Assembly (NCBI GenBank): GCA_034780895.1 | Contig: JAUZTB010000068.1 | Coordinates: forward strand, 24,437,013-24,501,012 | Source of the DNA: Rhynchobatus australiae | Taxonomy: Eukaryota | Reading direction: 5' to 3' | Length of the DNA: 64,000 nt | In this document: one piece after another, positions 1-11,465 of the stretch | Layout of the letters: each line of letters begins with the position of its first letter | Numbering within the stretch: position 1 is the first letter of the stretch | Program-made: the position numbers and the translations under genes | Notes under the pieces: generated by a model | What the model was told of the DNA's origin: nothing | Database searches by the model: none | Seen by the model: the letters and a program-made list of their open reading frames with translations, nothing else

Positions 1-195
1 ATAGCCAGTGTTTGAACAGCCAGGCTGCAAGGTATTGCAGACAAAGTCGCTCTGTTCATCGCCCCATACACTCTCTGCTGCTACTACATAGACCAGAACT
101 CTGAAGATGAAGACCACGGACAGCCAGATCCGCCCAAATCCAGTTGAGTATTTATTCACTCCGCTGATCACACCTTGTAATGTGCCCCAGTCCAT
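1..195 (-). CDS. Beta-class connexin (GJB3/GJB4/GJB5-group paralog), first 65 codons; continues past the window's left edge
   Basis: Manual translation from ATG at 195: [65 protein letters not shown], i.e. connexin N-terminus, TM1 and EL1. Strong Kozak context (gtgccATGG). Absent from the ORF track, presumably because no stop lies inside the window. Confidence 0.95.
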   Translation of the reverse strand, partial: MDWGTLQGVISGVNKYSTGFGRIWLSVVFIFRVLVYVVAAESVWGDEQSDFVCNTLQPGCSNTGY

Positions 196-223
196 GGCAC
201 TTGGAAAGTATCAACTTGTTGAT

Positions 224-250
224 CTAAAATACAAACAATAGAAGACTTTA
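224..250 (-). promoter_or_regulatory. Splice acceptor of the coding exon of the left connexin
   Basis: Minus strand tctattgtttgtattttAG|atcaac, AG at 225-224, 28 nt upstream of the ATG; typical connexin layout (non-coding exon 1, intron, single coding exon). Confidence 0.75.
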
Positions 251-369
251 CTTTTGCTTTTCATTTTTTTATTTAATTAACAGGTAAGCAGGATCTATGA
301 ACAATTAAATCTAAACATCAGAATGGGTGTTCTTAAAAACAGAGAGAGAACAATCATAATTGAGTTTCT

Positions 370-1495
370 ATGAGATTCTGGGCCTCTGTATCTCCCTCTG
401 TAACTGGATCCTCAACTTTCTCATCAGCAGATCTCAATCAGTGAGGATAGCTCACAACATCTCCTCCTCACCAACCACCAGCAGAGGTGCACCTCAAGGC
501 TACGTGCTTAGACCCTGCTCTACTCTCGATACCCACATGACTGTCTGGCTAAGCACATCTTCAATGCCATATACAAATTCGCTGATATCACCACTGGTTT
601 TGGGCAAATCACAGGTGGGAAATGAGTCACTGGAGCAAGATAGGACTTCTGCTTGAGTGGTGCCACAACAGCAACCTTTTGCTTAACATCAGTAAAACTA
701 TAGAACTGATTGTTGACTTCAGGAAGGGGAAGGAGGGTGAACATGTGTCAGTCTACATTGGTGGATTGAGTGTGGAGGGTTCAGCAGTTTTCAATTCCTG
801 GGTATTAACGTATTGGATGAACTATCCTGGGCACAGCACATAGACGCAAACACAAGGAAGGCGAACCAATGTATTTAGCTCTTAGGAGGTTCGGCATGTC
901 ACTGAACACTTTAACAAACTTCTACAGATGTACTGTTGAAAATATCTCGAATGGTTGCATCATGGTTTAGTACAGCAATTCGAATGTGCAAGAATGTAAG
1001 AAGCTCCAGAGAGCAGTGGATGCAGCTCAATATATCATGGGCACATCCCTCCCCGCATCAAAAGTATCTACATGAGGTGCTGCCTCAAGAAGGCAACATC
1101 TATCATCAAAGATCCTTACCATTCGGACCACATCATCTTCGTGCAGCTACCATTGGGCAGGAGGTATAGAAGCCTGAAGTCCCACACCACCAGGTTCAAG
1201 AACAGCTACTTCCCTTCAACCATTCAGTTCCTGAGCTAACCTGCACAACCCTGATCACCACTTTAGTATAGCAACACTATGACCACTTTGACTTCTTTGC
1301 ACTACAATGGACTTGTTTCTTTTTCTGTTCTAATTGTGTTCTTTCTTGTATAATTTTGTATAATTTATGTTTAATTTACATTTTTCTTGTGAATGTTTGT
1401 CTCTAATGCTATGTGCCCGTGATACCGCTGCAAGGTTTTCATTGCACCTGTGAATACATGTACTTGTGCATATGACAATGAACTCGATTTTTGAC
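370..1495 (+). mobile_element. Rex1/Babar non-LTR retrotransposon, 5'-truncated and decayed (RT to 3' end)
   Basis: [44 protein letters not shown] motifs broken by frameshifts, followed by a Rex1-type 3' UTR. Confidence 0.85.
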
Positions 1496-1637
1496 TCTGG
1501 TTAAAAAAAACTGATTCAGATTGTTCCTCATTTTATTNNNNNNNNNNNNNNNNNNNNNNNNNNNNNNNNNNNNNNNNNNNNNNNNNNNNNNNNNNNNNNN
1601 NNNNNNNNNNNNNNNNNNNNNNNNNNNNNNNNNNNNN

Positions 1638-2155
1638 CACCCTCTCTAAAGCTTCCACATCCTTCCTATAATGAGGCAACCAGAACTGAACACAATACTC
1701 CAAGTGTGGTCTAATCAGAGTTTTATGAAGCTGCAACATCACCTCGCAGCTCTTGAACTCAATACCCCAACTAATGAAGGTCAACACACCATGCACCTTC
1801 TTAACAACCCTATCAATCTATGTGACAACCTTGAGGGATCTATAGACATGGATCTCAAGATCCCTCTGTTCCTCCACACTGCTAAGAGTCCTGCCATTAA
1901 CCTTGTATTCTGCCTTCAGATTCAATCTTCCAAAGTGTATCACTTCACACTTATCCGGGTTGAACTCCATCTGCCACTTCTCAGTCCAGCTCTGCATCCT
2001 ATAAATGTCTTGTTGTAATCTACAGCAACCTTCTATACTATCCGCAACACCATCAACCTTTGTGTCATCTGCAAACTTACTCACCCACCCTTCCACATCC
2101 TCATCCAAGTCATTTATAAACTCCACAAAGAGCAGGGGTCCCAGAACAGACCATG
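1638..2155 (-). mobile_element. CR1 LINE RT fragment
   Basis: [64 protein letters not shown]. Confidence 0.9.
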
Positions 2156-3837
2156 GAATCTGAGGTGGCCTAAAGAACATTCTCATGGACAAATGTCACA
2201 GATGGCAGAAATGAGCAGACTTTTTTTGGACAAACTATATTCAGTTTTCTCTCTGTAAGTTCCTTCACCTCTGAAATTCGTGTTTGACTCCAACTCAAAC
2301 CAATGAAACCAAAATCTACTCCCCAGTCTTTATGAATCTACAGAGTGATTACTAATAGTTATTGATGGAAACTGAAAACAGGGTTTAGATGTGAAGAGAT
2401 CTAGTAATTTGTAATTTTGCTGATGATTAAGTTGGTGAAGTGCTCAGTACAAGCACAACTCCCATGGCAGAAGCCCCAGAAGTTGTCACACTCCAAAATT
2501 TGGACGATACTTGGCAGCACACTGAGGCAGCTTACACACATACATCTGCACACATTCTACCCTCAGTCTTCAAACCAAGTGATATATGTGACAGTGTTTA
2601 ATGGTTTTCCTGGCCACAACACCTAGATGTGATGAAAGTTGCTTCAACTATCAACTGACAACTGTTGATCTGAATATGGAATGCCCATGAGACTTAACAT
2701 GTGCAAACTGTTTAAATACAAAGTACATACACTCCTGGACATACTGGAAATCGACACGTATAGGCAACTACAGAATGAGTTAACATGACTTATTCGCGCA
2801 GCTTTTCATTACAACACTGATTGAAATCTCCTATTGGAGATGACCATGACAGATAATCACAGGCAAGCCTGAACAATCTGAGAACTGGCTGTGGTCATGT
2901 TGAAGGAATAGATCACAAAATGAACAACTTTTGCTGGCTTCGGCATAACTGTGGTGTCTGACAGGAAGATGGATTCATTCCAAATGCCTAGACTGGTTAG
3001 ATCGAATGTGCACATTGTGTGATAAAGTCTTAAAGTGGCTTATAGATTTGAAAGTTACTATATGATACCATTGGAAAGAAAGAGAGCTTTATCTTACAGG
3101 TTATGAATCTCTGAAACTCTCACTCTCTCTCCAAAAACTTTTGGAGGTTACGTCAATTGAAAATTTCAAAACTGAATTTGATGGAGTTTTGTTTGGCAAA
3201 AACAGTGAGAAATACAGAACCATGAGGATTAGAAAGATATGGTTGAACCTCAGTCTAATAAGATAAATTAGATAATGAAGTGGGCTCCAGAAATTGAATA
3301 GCCTGTTCCTATGTTGCTAGATAAAATTAACCAAAAGGGAAGTGAAACTTTTTGNNNNNNNNNNNNNNNNNNNNNNNNNNNNGAAATTGAAATGCACCCA
3401 CACCTTTTCTTAAGCTGTTTGAGGGGTGCCTTCAAGTCTACTCCTACCCAGCAACAATAGTACAAAAAGATCAGCATTGTTGATGTGCTGAATTACACTG
3501 AAGTTTAGCAAAATGGCGTCAGGATCTGGACTGTGTTTTCACTCATGGACTTTCTCAATTACACTGAAGTTATATTCCATTCCACTTTAAGTTTAATTTG
3601 CTCTGGTCCAAATTGTACTACTGTCTTCCCATTCACTTAGTCTTTTTTTTGCCACTGTGAAATTTTGGTTATACACCAGGACAGGTGTAATCTTGTTGTC
3701 ACCTCACCAGCTCTCATCTTCACCCCAAGCACTGTAAAATATCAAGTACAATCACAGTAGAGTGTACAGATGTTTGTTATGGAAAAAAGTCAGTTCTTTT
3801 CTTTGTATGTAGAGTTTAACATTGTTGTTGCCTATCA

Positions 3838-3995
3838 GCTGCGGCTCTGTTGGTGGTACTCTTGCATCTGTTTGAAAAGCTTGTGGGTTCAAATCCCACT
3901 CCAACAGTTTAGGCACAAGTATCTCAGCCGACACGCCAGTGTGGTAGCAAGGGAGTAAAGGAAGTGCAAAGGGACAATGCCATTTCTTCAATACA
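3838..3995 (+). mobile_element. Deu-domain (SacSINE1-like) SINE head fragment
   Basis: ggtactcttgcatctg...ttgtgggttcaaatcccactcca...gccgacacgccagtg: tRNA-like head with a B-box, resembling shark DeuSINEs. Confidence 0.55.
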
Positions 3996-6339
3996 GGATA
4001 AATGGTGACGTTTTCTATTTTTAACTGTAAAAATGTTAAATCAAGCTCCTCTCAGTGAACACAGAGAGGTTGCAAGTTGAGGGAAGAGAGGTCAAAACAA
4101 TTAGGAGATTTATTCAAACACTATCAAAAACCTTTTAATAATAGCATTTTAAACATCAACAATATGACGTGGATATTGAGAGAAATGTTCTCCCAAGATG
4201 TCAAACCCCAACAAATTCTCTGGTTTGACTAAAAGGTTAAATCCAAGACTGAAATATTAGCCTTTGAGCTTTTTCCTGGTTCACTGGAACACATTCACCA
4301 TTAACCTGGTTTAAAGTAATGTCAGTAAAGGTTTACGAATTGTAGTTTTACTGACTTAATGGTGTGACTTTAATTCACTAAAACAGAATGCTTAAGAAGT
4401 ACTCAATACTTGAGAAGTTTGTTTAAACAGTATATTTACAAAATGGAACCATTATTCAACAGAATAATGATCAGCGTACATACCACATCCTTTATCTATC
4501 AGTTTATTCCCTCATTAGCTTCCAGAGCCGGCTCTAATGAGGTACAGATATGAAAGGAACAAGACAGCTAAAGGGAATTGTTTGTAAAATGAATCACCTC
4601 ACATTTCATTGATAAATTATTTTTGGAATCATTTCAACGGGAGAATCTGTTTAACAGGCAGACGTTTATAAATGTATAATTCTTTTACAAAACAATTGTT
4701 TGTCAGAGAGACCAGACAGAGCTTCAATTCAAAATCTTTTCTGAATTCTAGCACCTCCAACAGTCCCTTGGTATGACACTGTAACTCACTGGACAGTCGG
4801 GTTTTAGACATGAGTGTGCGGATATTTTTAAAATACCGACCGGACACCTTGGGTCCAGTAAACATTAACCTTCTGTTCTCCAATTACCACTTTAGTGTGG
4901 CGGTGTCAGCTATGGCAGCTATTTAGAAGAGTTTAGAACATTAGCTAAACAAGCATCTGGACTCAAAAAGCAGAACTATTCCTTTTTATTTGCCTCAAGC
5001 AAATGAAGGAAGCTTGAAGGACATAAAAGTAAGACTGTTCAGAGAAACTTACCAGAAAATTTAGAAGCTACAGGTTTCCAGTTCCACAGCCTCGCACAGG
5101 CACCAAATTAAATAAGTAGTAATTGCAGCATACTACAATTTTCTTCGCTATCTGTGAATCTATTGGCTGACTTTCAGATTTATTCATGTTACCACCTGCA
5201 CTATAATGGGGTGGGTCTGGATGTTTTTTTTGGTTTGGGTTGGGACAGAGAATGGAGGATGGTTTTGAAAGCATTACGTAAATGTGCGTATATCATCATT
5301 AGCATGAGTCGTTTCCCTGGCACTTAAAATACATTCCACTTCAAACTCATTGCCTCATGAGTTATTTCTTTGCTTCAGATTACAGAAGTGAACAATTGAA
5401 AGTGCTGACAGTGGAATTAGCCTGGAAAGATATATTTTTTATGGGATCTTTTCAGTCTCAGTGCTGCTTGATCTTCATGATTATCACTTTATATTGAGCA
5501 GTAGTTTCAAACACACCCTGTTCAATGATAGCGTGATATAATGCTCGACAAAGATTCCTCTACCTTGTCCAAAAATGCAGCAAATCCACTTTCAAAAGGA
5601 GGCTCTCCCTTAATGACAGTTAACCATCTTTATTTTCTGAACCTGCCATCCTTTTACCATCAATCCACTGTTCCCATTTTTACTATTCAAAAGAAGATGA
5701 GCACAAGGTAATTTTCCCCGATAGTACCTCTGCCTCTGTACTTTTCTTTCAAATTAGCAAATGGAGAAACATAGGTCTGAGTATGTGGCATTTAATTATT
5801 GCTTTGGATCTTTCTCCTTTGTCTGAGACTGCCAATAGCATTTGAATTTGCTACAAGCAGCAGATAAGGAAAAGAAATATATCAGTATCCTAAAATTTGA
5901 GGAACATAAGTTGATTTCCACATTTTCAATTTAATGCAACAATAGTAACTCTTTTTCAAAAATATATACTTCCTCTTCAAAGAGCACAAAGGTCTTATTA
6001 GCAATCTGTATTTTGTTAATGAATTAGGAGAAGTTTAATGTTAGAGACATTAAGAAAGCTTCAACTTTCANNNNNNNNNNNNNNNNNNNNNNNNNNNNNN
6101 NNNNNNNNNNNNNNNNNNTTAAGTCTGACCCCACTGAAATTCAGCATGCTATTGTAACATGAATAACTTACCCAGGTATCAGATTCTACAAGTGGCTTCT
6201 GTTAGGTTCCTTTTAAATTCATTGTTGTATACTTCCTCTTGTTCTCAGAATCATCGAGGAAGTGAAGTCATCCCTTGCCAGTCCCTGTTCAGGAACAGAT
6301 GAAGGATCCAGGAAGTGAAAAAAAGTCTGTAAGTGTGTC

Positions 6340-7090
6340 AGTGTGGGCTTAGTAGAGGTAATCCCATCCCTGAGTCAGAAGTCATGCCAGCGACTTGAGC
6401 TCATAATCGAGGTTCACATTTCAGTAGGTAAACAGTATTATTAGATGAAGTTATTTTGATTATGTTGTAAATGGAGAATTTCTCTGCCTTCTCAGTTCAG
6501 AGAAAAAACATCATGGTCCTATTGAGAGTTGATTAGGAGAGTTCTCTTTGTGCCCTGAATACATGCTGTTCCCCACGCCTTGCCGTACAGTAGTGCAGCT
6601 AGTAGGGTCACTGCCTCACAGCACCAGAGACCCGGATTTAATGCTGACCTTGGCTGCTCTCTGTGCCGTGTGGATTTTTTCCATGTGTTCCAGTTTCCTC
6701 CCACATTTGTGCAGGTTGATAGGTTAATTGGTCACTGTAAATTGCCTCTAGTGTGTAGGTGAGTGGTAGAATTAGAGGGGAGTTGATGGGAATGTTGGGG
6801 GAATAAAATTGGAATTGATGTAGGACAGGTGAAAATGGGTGATTGGGGTAGTGCAGACTCAATTGACCGAAGTGCCTTTTCTGTGCTGTATCTCTATGTG
6901 ACACCAGGAGAAACAGAACAACTAATTATGTACCATCCTGCCATTTGAGCAATTTGCTGCATACAAACTGAAGGTCACAATTCTCTGTTCTCCAGCAGTG
7001 AATATGTTTAGAAAAGTACTTGATATGCTGTAAGACAGTCTGGATTTTTCTGAGGTTGTGAACGATATGATATAAATGCAGAGTCACTTT
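6340..7090 (+). mobile_element. Old Deu-domain SINE split by a younger V-SINE
   Basis: Head ctgagtcagaag...gacttgagc at 6370-6400, body to ~6575, resumes at ~6905 and ends ctgaggttgtgaacgatatgatataaatgca. Confidence 0.6.
6577..6900 (+). mobile_element. V-SINE (HE1-like) with CR1-type tail
   Basis: ctgcctcacagcaccagagacccgg head, gtttcctcccaca V-domain, tail gaccgaagtgccttttctgtgctgtatctctatg. Confidence 0.75.
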
Positions 7091-7496
7091 AAGCATATTG
7101 AATTCACTGCTGCAAAGATTACGTCATTCCTGCTGGTGGTGCTGTTGCATGTAGTGACTTCCAATTGATTAGCAATGCCACCCGCAGGAAGTCAATCATG
7201 TTGGGAGTGAAGGGCTTTTCTGCTCTGATGGACCGGTCACATAAATGAATGATGAGCACAGATGTGCAAGAAGATCAACAGCTGAATTAGAAGGCGATAA
7301 AGGTAGAGTGGTACTTTCTGGCTGGATAGACTCAGCTATGGATGAAGCTTACTGAGGATCCCTGAAACATGTAAATAAGATGAGAGTCACCGCTCTCGAC
7401 AATTCTTTACTGAGGCAGTTTGAAAGTAATGTTGCCCAATGACCCCATACCAGCTTCAAGCAGAACAATCCCATCAATCCAATTCCTCCTCATCTT

Positions 7497-7628
7497 GGAG
7501 ACACAAGTGATGGCAGATGGCAAAAAGCAGTCGAGATGAAGGGTCTTGAGCTGAAATGTTGACTGGCCATTTCCCTCCACAGATGCTGCCTGACCCACTG
7601 AGTTCCTCCAGCAGTTTTTTTTTGCTCC
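7497..7628 (+). mobile_element. Penelope-terminal short unit with hammerhead-like motif
   Basis: cagtc-gagatga-agggtcttgagct-gaaa-tgtt-gactg followed by ccacagatgctgcctgacc..ctgagttcctccagca; recurs about 10 times in the window. Confidence 0.7.
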
Positions 7629-7651
7629 CCCTTATCTTGTAGCCTCATAAC

Positions 7652-7954
7652 GCCGGCATGACTGTGTAGCGGTTAGCGTAACGCTATTACAGTGCCAGCA
7701 ACCCGGGTTCAATTCCGGCCGCTGTCTGTAAGGAGTCTGCACGTTCTCCCTGTGTCTGCGTGGGTTTCCTCTGGGTGCCCCAGTTTCCTCTCACATTCCA
7801 AAGACGTACTGGTTAGGAGCTGTGGGCATGCTATGTTGGTGCCGGAAGAGTGGTGACACTTATGGGCTGCCCTCAACACATTCTCAGTAGTGCAAAAAGA
7901 TGCATCACTGTGTGTTTTGATGTACATGTGACTAATAAATAAATATATTATCTT
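7652..7954 (+). mobile_element. Full-length V-SINE with Rex1-like 3' tail
   Basis: A-box-like tagcggttagcg, B-box gggttcaattcc, V-domain gtctgcgtgggtttcctctgggtg, tail tcactgtgtgttttgatgtacatgtgactaataaa. Confidence 0.85.
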
Positions 7955-8109
7955 AATGTGTTCACTCTTATGTTCCTATTAACTTCCCTCTTTATGTCAA
8001 ATATTTCTCCCACGTCTTCCAACAGGCAGTCTACTGTTGCCAATTAACCTGGTAGCACAACTTTGGGATGTGGAAGGAAACCCACATGGTCACAGAGAGA
8101 ACATGCAAA

Positions 8110-9518
8110 CTCTGCAAAAAAAAAATAGTGGAGTTGTGGATAGTGAGGGAAGTTGTCAAAGGATGGATACAGCAGGATATAGATGTTAGAACTATGGGCA
8201 GAAAAATGGCAGATTAAATTTAATCTGGACGAGTGTGAGGTGTTGTACTTTGAGAGGTCAAATGTAAGAGGAAGGTATACAGTAAATGGCAGGGTAAGGC
8301 AGTGGATGTTTTCTATTTGAACTTTTAGCAAGGCCTTTGAAAAGGTCCCACATATTGGCTGATCTGGAAGGGTAGTCCCATGGAATCCAGGGAGAGCTGG
8401 ATAGATGGATTCAAAATTGGCTCAGAGGTTCGGAGGTAGGACGCAGAGGGTGGTGGTTGAAGGTTGTTTCTCAGAATGGAGGCAAGTGATTAGTGGTGTG
8501 CCGCAGGGGTCAGTGTTGGGACCCTTGTTATTTGTTATTTATATAAATGATTTGAATGCTAATGCACAAGGCTGGATCAGTAAGTTTACGAATAATACGG
8601 AATTAGGTGTTGTTGATGGTGAAGAAGGTTATCGTCTATTACAGGGGAATCTTGATCAGTTAGGGAAGTGGGCCTAGGAGTGGCAAATGGATTTCAATAC
8701 AGATAAATGTGAGACGATGCATTTTAGAAAGTCAAACCAGCATACACTATGAATGGTAGGGCACTAGGAAGTGTAGTGGAACAGAGGGGCCTAGTACAAG
8801 TGCATAATTCATTGAAAGTAGTGTCACAGGTAGATAGGGTGGTGAAAAATGCATTTAGCATGCTGGCCTTCATCAGTCAGGGCATTGAGTATAGGAGTTG
8901 GGACATTATGTTGCTGTTGTATAAGTCATCGGTGAGGCCGCACTTGGAGTACTCTGTACAGTTTTGGTCACCCTGTTATAGGAGAGATGTGGTTAAACTG
9001 GAAAGAGTGTAGAAAAGACTTACTAGGATATTGCTAGGACCAGAGGGCCTGAGTTATAGGGAGAGGTTGGCCAGGCTAGGTCTTTATTTCTTGGAATGCA
9101 GGAGAATGAGGGGTGACCTGATAGAAATGTTTAAAATTATGAGAGGAATGTTCATAAAATAATGAAAATTATAAGGTGGATGGTAACAGCCTTTTCTCCA
9201 GGGTAGTTGAGTCCAAAAAGAGGGGCCATAGGTTTAGAGTGAGAGGGGAAAGATATAAAAGGGACCTCAGGGGCAACTTTTTCACGCAGAGGGGGTAAGC
9301 ATATGGAATGAGCTGCCAGAGGAGGAAGTGGTTGAGGCAGGTGCAATTGTATCACTTAAAAAGCACCTGGATAGGTACATGGAGGGGCGGGGCTTGGAAG
9401 GATATGGGCCGAATGCAGGAAATTGGGACTAGCTGGATGGGCACTGTGGTTGGCATGGACTCACTGGGCCGAAGGGCCTGAACCTGTGCCATATTGCCCT
9501 ATGATTCTATGACTCTAT
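8110..9518 (+). mobile_element. CR1 LINE, RT to 3' tail (composite of two fragments)
   Basis: [43 protein letters not shown]; tail gggccgaagggcctg...ctatgattctatgactctat. Confidence 0.9.
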
Positions 9519-9519
9519 T

Positions 9520-9730
9520 AGTGAAGTGGTTGTCGTCCAGAAACATGGGAGCTACAGTGTGCACAGCAATCACCAAAACAGCAATGTCACACTGACTGAA
9601 AATTCTATTTTAGTTACACCGATTGGGTAATAAATATTATCCATCATAAACAAACAAACTCAATTCCCCTTCTCATGCCAAGGGACCTTTCACAAATGCC
9701 TGAGCAAGTAGACAACACCTTGCTTTAAGT
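9520..9730 (-). mobile_element. Deu-domain SINE fragment
   Basis: Reverse complement resembles the Deu body (cccttggcatg...aatatttattacccaatc...acattgctgttttgg...gctgtgcac). Confidence 0.5.
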
Positions 9731-9879
9731 TTTCTGATCTTATATTAGTGGAGATAATTCAAAGGTAATACATTTGTTTGGAGGTATGAAGGTCATTAAA
9801 ACTAGTAAAACAATGGGGAGCTTTATTAGTTTATATCTATCGTACTCTCATACAATCTCCAATTTAAAAATAGGCTCAG

Positions 9880-10010
9880 AACCTGGGCGTTAACACCTTG
9901 GATGACCTGTTCTGGGCCCAACACAGAGGTGCAGTGATGTAAAAAGCACGCCAGTGCCTCTACTTTCTTAGAAGCTTAAAGAGATTTGGCATGTCACCAA
10001 ATACTCTACC
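9880..10010 (+). mobile_element. Rex1/Babar fragment running into a gap
   Basis: Encodes KARQCLYFLRSLKRFGMSPNTL, a typical Rex1 post-RT motif. Confidence 0.75.
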
Positions 10011-10699
10011 NNNNNNNNNNNNNNNNNNNNNNNNNNNNNNNNNNNNNNNNNNNNNNNNNNNNNNNNNNNNNNNNNNNNNNNNNNNNNNNNNNNNNNNNNN
10101 NNNNNNNNNNNNNNNNNNNNNNNNNNNNNNNNNNNNNNNNNNNNNNNNNNNNNNNNNNNNNNNNNNNNNNNNNNNNNNNNNNNNNNNNNNNNNNNNNNNN
10201 NNNNNNNNNNNNNNNNNNNNNNNNNNNNNNNNNNNNNNNNNNNNNNNNNNNNNNNNNNNNNNNNNNNNNNNNNNNNNNNNNNNNNNNNNNNNNNNNNNNN
10301 NNNNNNNNNNNNNNNNNNNNNNNNNNNNNNNNNNNNNNNNNNNNNNNNNNNNNNNNNNNNNNNNNNNNNNNNNNNNNNNNNNNNNNNNNNNNNNNNNNNN
10401 NNNNNNNNNNNNNNNNNNNNNNNNNNNNNNNNNNNNNNNNNNNNNNNNNNNNNNNNNNNNNNNNNNNNNNNNNNNNNNNNNNNNNNNNNNNNNNNNNNNN
10501 NNNNNNNNNNNNNNNNNNNNNNNNNNNNNNNNNNNNNNNNNNNNNNNNNNNNNNNNNNNNNNNNNNNNNNNNNNNNNNNNNNNNNNNNNNNNNNNNNNNN
10601 NNNNNNNNNNNNNNNNNNNNNNNNNNNNNNNNNNNNNNNNNNNNNNNNNNNNNNNNNNNNNNNNNNNNNNNNNNNNNNNNNNNNNNNNNNNNNNNNNNN

Positions 10700-10905
10700 C
10701 CGTGTCTGCATGGGTTTCCTCTGGGTGCTCCGGTTTCCTCCCACATTCCAAAGATGTAAGGGTTAGGAAGTTGTGGGCCTGCTATGTTGGCACTGGAAGC
10801 GTGGCGACACCTGCGGGCTGCCCCCAGAACACTCTACGCAAAAGATGAATTTCATTTTGTGTTTCGATGTGACTAATTAAGATATCTTATCTCTCTCATC
10901 TTATC
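10700..10905 (+). mobile_element. V-SINE 3' part, same subfamily as 7652-7954
   Basis: Closely similar to 7750-7950; ends gatgtgactaattaagatatcttatc. Confidence 0.85.
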
Positions 10906-11194
10906 TGTGTTCTTGTAGCTTCAATCATGAAGATTGGTGAACTGTCCATCACAGCCGAGCTCTGTTATACCACATGATTTCCCTCTGAATCCCAAAGATG
11001 AGTAAAAGTAGTTGCAAAATGCTTGTTACTGTTGGTGAGGAGTTTTAAAGCACTATGTCGTCATGGAAATGTTTCCTTGGATAAGGATGTCATGTATGAA
11101 AGCGTGATGCCCAGTTTAGTGCAGGGTGTGGAGGGAATGCAGCTTTTGAAAGTGTGCTGCTATGCCACATCAGAACAGTGGGAACAATTATTAT

Positions 11195-11465
11195 GTGGTA
11201 ACATGTTCACTGAAATCCTTTCCAGAGGCCAGGCCATTGATCTGGAGACATGAATTTGAATCCCACCAGGGTAGCTTAAATCTAGATAATTAAGTACATT
11301 TGAAATAAAGAACTGGCTTCACTAATGGTGAATATAAAGCCGCATCATCATCATAAAAGGCATTCATTTCAGGGGAAGAAATCTCTCAGCCTTACCCAAT
11401 CTGGCCTACATGTGATTCTGTATTTACAGCAGTGTGATGATTACCTGTCTTTTGAAGTGACTCAG
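11195..11465 (+). mobile_element. Decayed tRNA-derived SINE of a third family
   Basis: tccagaggccagg...ttgaatcccacca head; ggaagaaatct...ccttacccaatctggcctacatgtga body. Confidence 0.5.

Noticed and set aside
7652-7725. tRNA-like A and B boxes here and at 49724
   Set aside because: They continue directly into the V-domain; SINE heads, not tRNA genes.
9960-10848. Long ORFs of 150-285 aa here and at 22556, 31423, 44429 and 48039
   Set aside because: Composed almost entirely of N-gap codons; artefacts.
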